Part shown: piece by piece, positions 62,930 through 64,000 of the stretch
Layout: each line of letters opens with the position of its first letter
Position numbering within the stretch: the stretch's first letter is position 1
NCBI RefSeq assembly: GCF_006345805.1
Contig: NC_043016.1
Coordinates: forward strand, 12,462,001-12,526,000
Direction: 5' to 3'
Length of the DNA: 64,000 nt
Source: Octopus sinensis
Taxonomy: Eukaryota
Position numbers and translations under genes: made by a program
Notes under the pieces: generated by a model
The model's database searches: none
Seen by the model: the letters and a program-made list of their open reading frames with translations, nothing else
Told to the model about the DNA's origin: nothing

Positions 62930-63325
62930 TTGCCACAAGGGCAGCACATAGATTTACAACAATTCTCCTTGTCAGGTCCCCCAAGCAAAGTGACTTGCCG
63001 CTTGCAGACAACTCTGCAACAACAAGTCGGGGCCTGCAAAGAGGAAAGCAAATTCTTTCTTGTCCAACGTCACTGTGACCTTTGACAAAATGTTTTCCGT
63101 TACTACCTCCGCAGCCACCTGCGTAGGCCATAACGAACTACTTGGGCAGACCGTGTACACACGTGCTCGGTCACCCAAGCCGTCCAAAAATTTTTTCACC
63201 ATTCCTCCCTCGTGGTAAAGGAGGATAAACACCTCCTCTTCACAGGAAGGGACCTCACACTGCTCCATCAGTGGCACACTTCCATGTAAAATAATACTTG
63301 TTGTTTTAGTTATTCTCAACCATTT
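62930..63325 (-). mobile_element. Probable L1/Tx1-type ORF1 (gag-like) remnant
   Basis: ORF track 62972..63319 ends in FAGP.LL.QSCLQAASHFA, a degenerate CCHC knuckle; no splice context. Confidence 0.45.
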
Positions 63326-63584
63326 TTTGCCTATGGATTCCTTCGATTCCTATTTTACTCCACTTGACCCCTATTCTTTTCCTTGTTTCAGTCATTTGAC
63401 TGCAGTCATGCTAGGGCACTGCCTTTAGTCAAGCAAATCGACCCCAGAACTTATTCTTTGCAAGCCAAGTACTTATTCTATCAGTCACTTTTGCCAAATT
63501 GTTAAGTTACAGGAATGTAAACACACAAACATAGTTTGTCAGGCGATGTTGGAAGCACAAACACAGACACACAACACAGACACA

Positions 63585-63676
<92 letters not shown>

Positions 63677-64000
63677 TATTGGGCTTTTTTCAGTTTCCCT
63701 CTACCAAATCCACTCACAAGGCTTTGGTCAACCTGAGGCTATAGAAGACATTTGCCCAAGGTGCCACACAGTAGGACTGAACCCGGGACCTATTATATTT
63801 TTATAATTAAATATTTGGAATTGCATTTTTAAAAAATTGTTAAAACATTTTGTGTATTGTAGATATATAACCAATTTATTGCTCATAAACTTTAACAAAA
63901 TCTTATATGGGGCCCTCAAGGGTAATTTGTACCCTTAGGGGTCATATGTACTTTTAGGGATCGTATGGACCCTGGCTGACAATCACTGTTTTAAACCAAG

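Noticed and set aside
60201-63806. Numerous YIYI/HTHT/CVCV ORFs here and throughout the ORF track
   Set aside because: These are translations of microsatellites and SINE bodies, not genes.
36000-64000. TRAPPC2 head-to-head with OFD1, as in human
   Set aside because: I found no plus-strand exon resembling TRAPPC2 motifs (FYFVIVG..DNP, HLNQF.AHAALD, VDKFNEW) by eye. A tblastn would settle it.

Overview
AT-rich, microsatellite-dense animal genomic DNA. It is most likely an octopus (coleoid cephalopod), inferred from the SINE families, which resemble the tRNA-derived SINEs known from Octopus. The only host gene I can support is OFD1 (centriole/basal-body LisH plus coiled-coil protein) on the minus strand. 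I reconstructed it by hand as 11 consecutive GT-AG coding exons from ATG 35781 down to 2810 (1117 nt, 372 codons, all phases consistent, no stops). The gene continues beyond the left edge of the window. A near-consensus RFX X-box lies about 190 bp upstream of the ATG, inside a CpG-retaining region. The rest is a layered transposon landscape: at least four SINE families, RTE, CR1, Penelope, CRE-like, R4/NeSL-like and L1/Tx1-like retroelement relics, an internally deleted Ty3/gypsy element, and Tc1/mariner, piggyBac-like, hAT and Helitron-like non-autonomous elements. The best leads are: (i) a CRE-clade retroposon 3' end abutting a small inverted-repeat element with telomere-like repeats that occurs twice around the OFD1 promoter; (ii) a SINE carrying an ordered array of ~65-bp double-hairpin monomers; (iii) several long fold-back elements in OFD1 introns; (iv) an extra OFD1 intron relative to the human gene as I recall it; (v) an unidentified decayed reading frame at 46.9-48.1 kb. 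No CRISPR array, rRNA or true tRNA gene was found. I found no clearly novel multi-gene system. All coordinates were read by eye; exon coordinates are exact and repeat boundaries are approximate.
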